Both the position numbers and the translations under genes were made by a program. Below the pieces are notes generated by a model that saw only the letters and a list, made by a program, of their open reading frames with translations, did no database searches and was not told the origin of the DNA. A stretch of DNA of 64,000 nucleotides from Felis catus (Eukaryota), in the NCBI RefSeq assembly GCF_018350175.1, contig NC_058373.1, forward strand, positions 107,572,001 to 107,636,000, written 5' to 3'. Of the stretch, positions 62,190 to 64,000 are shown piece by piece; the stretch's first letter is position 1, and each line of letters begins with the position of its first letter.

Positions 62190-62790
62190 AATATATAATA
62201 ACAGAGACAAAGAGGGAAATTTATTAATGAGAGAGGAATAAATTCATCAGGAAGACATAACAATCCTAGATGCATATGCACCTAATAAGAGAGCTTCAGA
62301 AACATGAAGCAGAACTGAATATTTACCCAAGATAGATGAAAACATATGTATTCACAAAAAAAAAGCAAAAATGTTTATAGTACCTTTATTCACATTGCCA
62401 AACAACCCAAATCTTCTTTGGTGAATACAAAACCAAATTGTGGTGCATCCAAACAATGGAGTACTACTTACCAATGAAAAAGGATGGGCTACTGATACAT
62501 AGCACTAAGCTAAGTTGAAAGAAGGCATATTCAAAAGGCTATGTAGTGTATGACTCCATTTAGATGACACTGTAGAAAAGCAAACTTACAGGGATAGAAA
62601 TCAGGTCATCTGTTGCCAGGGACTCAGACTCCAAAGGAACATGAGAAACCTTTTTGGGATATTAGAAATGTTCTATGTCTTGATTATAGTGGTGGTTACG
62701 TGACAGGCATGAGTTTCTCAAAATTCGTAGAAGAGTACGCCTAAATGGGCAAATTTTCCTCAATGTCATTTATTCCTCATAAATTAAAAA
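62190..62790 (+). mobile_element. Old L1M pieces: ORF2 endonuclease fragment (~62190-62320) followed by an L1MC/MD-like 3' end
   Basis: caggaagacataacaatcctagatgcatatgcacctaataagagagct (EDITILDAYAPN) followed by atttacccaaga..gaaatgttctatgtcttgattatagtggtggttac. Confidence 0.7.
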
Positions 62791-62799
62791 AGTACCATA

Positions 62800-64000
62800 G
62801 ACGAATATTATAAACGATTTTATGATAAAAATTGACCAATTTATTTTTTAAATGGTCATTTATTTATTTATTTAGAGAGGGAGAATTTTCACTGACAGTG
62901 CAGAGCCCAACACAGGGCTCAATCTCATGAACCGTGAGATCATGACCTGAGCCAAAAACAAGAGTTGGATGCTTAACCAACTGAGTCACCCAGGCACCCC
63001 TAAACTCAACAATTTAGATAATAGGACAAAATCTCTGAAAGACACAAACTACTGAAACTCATTCAAGAAATGTGAATAATTCTATATCTTATTAAAGAAA
63101 TCAAATTTATACTTAAAATCCTTCTCACAAAGAAAACTCCAGGCATCATTGGCTTCACTGGTGAACCTAATGTTAAGGGAAAACTATTACTAATTCAATT
63201 GGGAATACTTCCCAAATCATTTTATGAAATTAACTTTACCCTGATACCAAAACTAAGGACATTACAAGTAAAGAACACAGAGACCAATTTTCCTCATGAC
63301 ATAGCCCCCCCCCAATATTTAGCAGAATTTGAGCAAATTAAATCCGTCAATATATTAAAAAGTAATACATCATGATCAAATCATGTTTACCTCAAGAATG
63401 CTTAAATTTGGTTTAATAAAAAAAATCATTGTAATTCATCATATTAACATGCTGAGAAAGGAAAATGGTCATCTCAATAGATGCAAATAAAGCATTTGAC
63501 AAAATTTGACACTTATTCATGATAAAAGAACTCAGTAAATGAGAAATAGTTGGGAGTTTCTTTATCCTGATTTAAAAAAACACACACAACAGGTATGGAA
63601 AACCTACAGTTAACATCATACTTGATGATAAAAGACTGAATGATTTCCCCAAGGGTCATGTCCTCTTTTACTACTTGTATTCAACATTGTACTGGAGATT
63701 CTAGGGGCATGGGAGCCATAGAGATTGGACAAAGGAAGTAAAACTATATTTACAGACAACATGATTGTCTACATGGAAAAAATTTTAAAAGTCTGCAAAA
63801 AAGTTATAAGAACGAATAAGTGAATTTAGCAAGGTTGAAACATGCAAATTGATTAAACAAAAATCAGCTGTATATTAGTCACAAAGCACTAGAAATGGAA
63901 TCTTAAACATATGACATTAAAATGGCATCCAAAAACATGAAATACTTTGGGATAAATTTAACAAAATATGTATAACACCTGTACACTAAAACATAAAACT
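62800..64000 (+). mobile_element. Old L1M ORF2 reverse-transcriptase region, degenerate, runs off the window end
   Basis: aagaaaactccaggc..ggcttcactggtgaa (KKTPG..GFTGE), tcaatagatgca..aaagcatttgacaaaatt (SIDA.KAFDKI), and tttacagacaacatgattgtctac at 63749-63772 (FTDNMIVY, a degenerate FADDMIVY). Confidence 0.85.
62843..63000 (-). mobile_element. Can-SINE (internally shortened) nested in L1
   Basis: tttatttatttatttagagagg..gagatcatgacctgagcc..cacccaggcacccc. Confidence 0.9.

Overview
Mammalian genomic DNA, almost certainly from a felid (cat family): it carries about 20 tRNA-derived Can-SINEs, including three near-consensus young SINEC_Fc-type copies, and felid-type L1 3' ends. I see no credible protein-coding exon, RNA gene, CRISPR array or prokaryotic feature. 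The listed ORFs are either translations of SINE or L1 sequence (a few are recognisable L1 ORF2 remnants) or look like random non-coding frames. The window reads as intergenic or deep-intronic DNA: a layered record of old eutherian repeats (L2, L3/CR1, MIR, L1M, MLT1, LTR33, hAT MITEs) overlaid by carnivore and felid SINEs and L1s, many with readable target-site duplications (TSDs). Repeat-poor stretches (~19.2-26.5 kb, ~31-34 kb, ~51.5-54.8 kb) contain enhancer-like motif clusters. I found no convincing new biological system. The best leads are a ~90-nt imperfect hairpin at 53.7 kb, a SINE with a displaced TSD (possible 3' transduction), a CpG-enriched MLT1B LTR, a tight tail-to-tail inverted SINE pair, and candidate enhancers. 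Repeat family names come from recalled consensus sequences, not a database search, and boundaries of old repeats are approximate.
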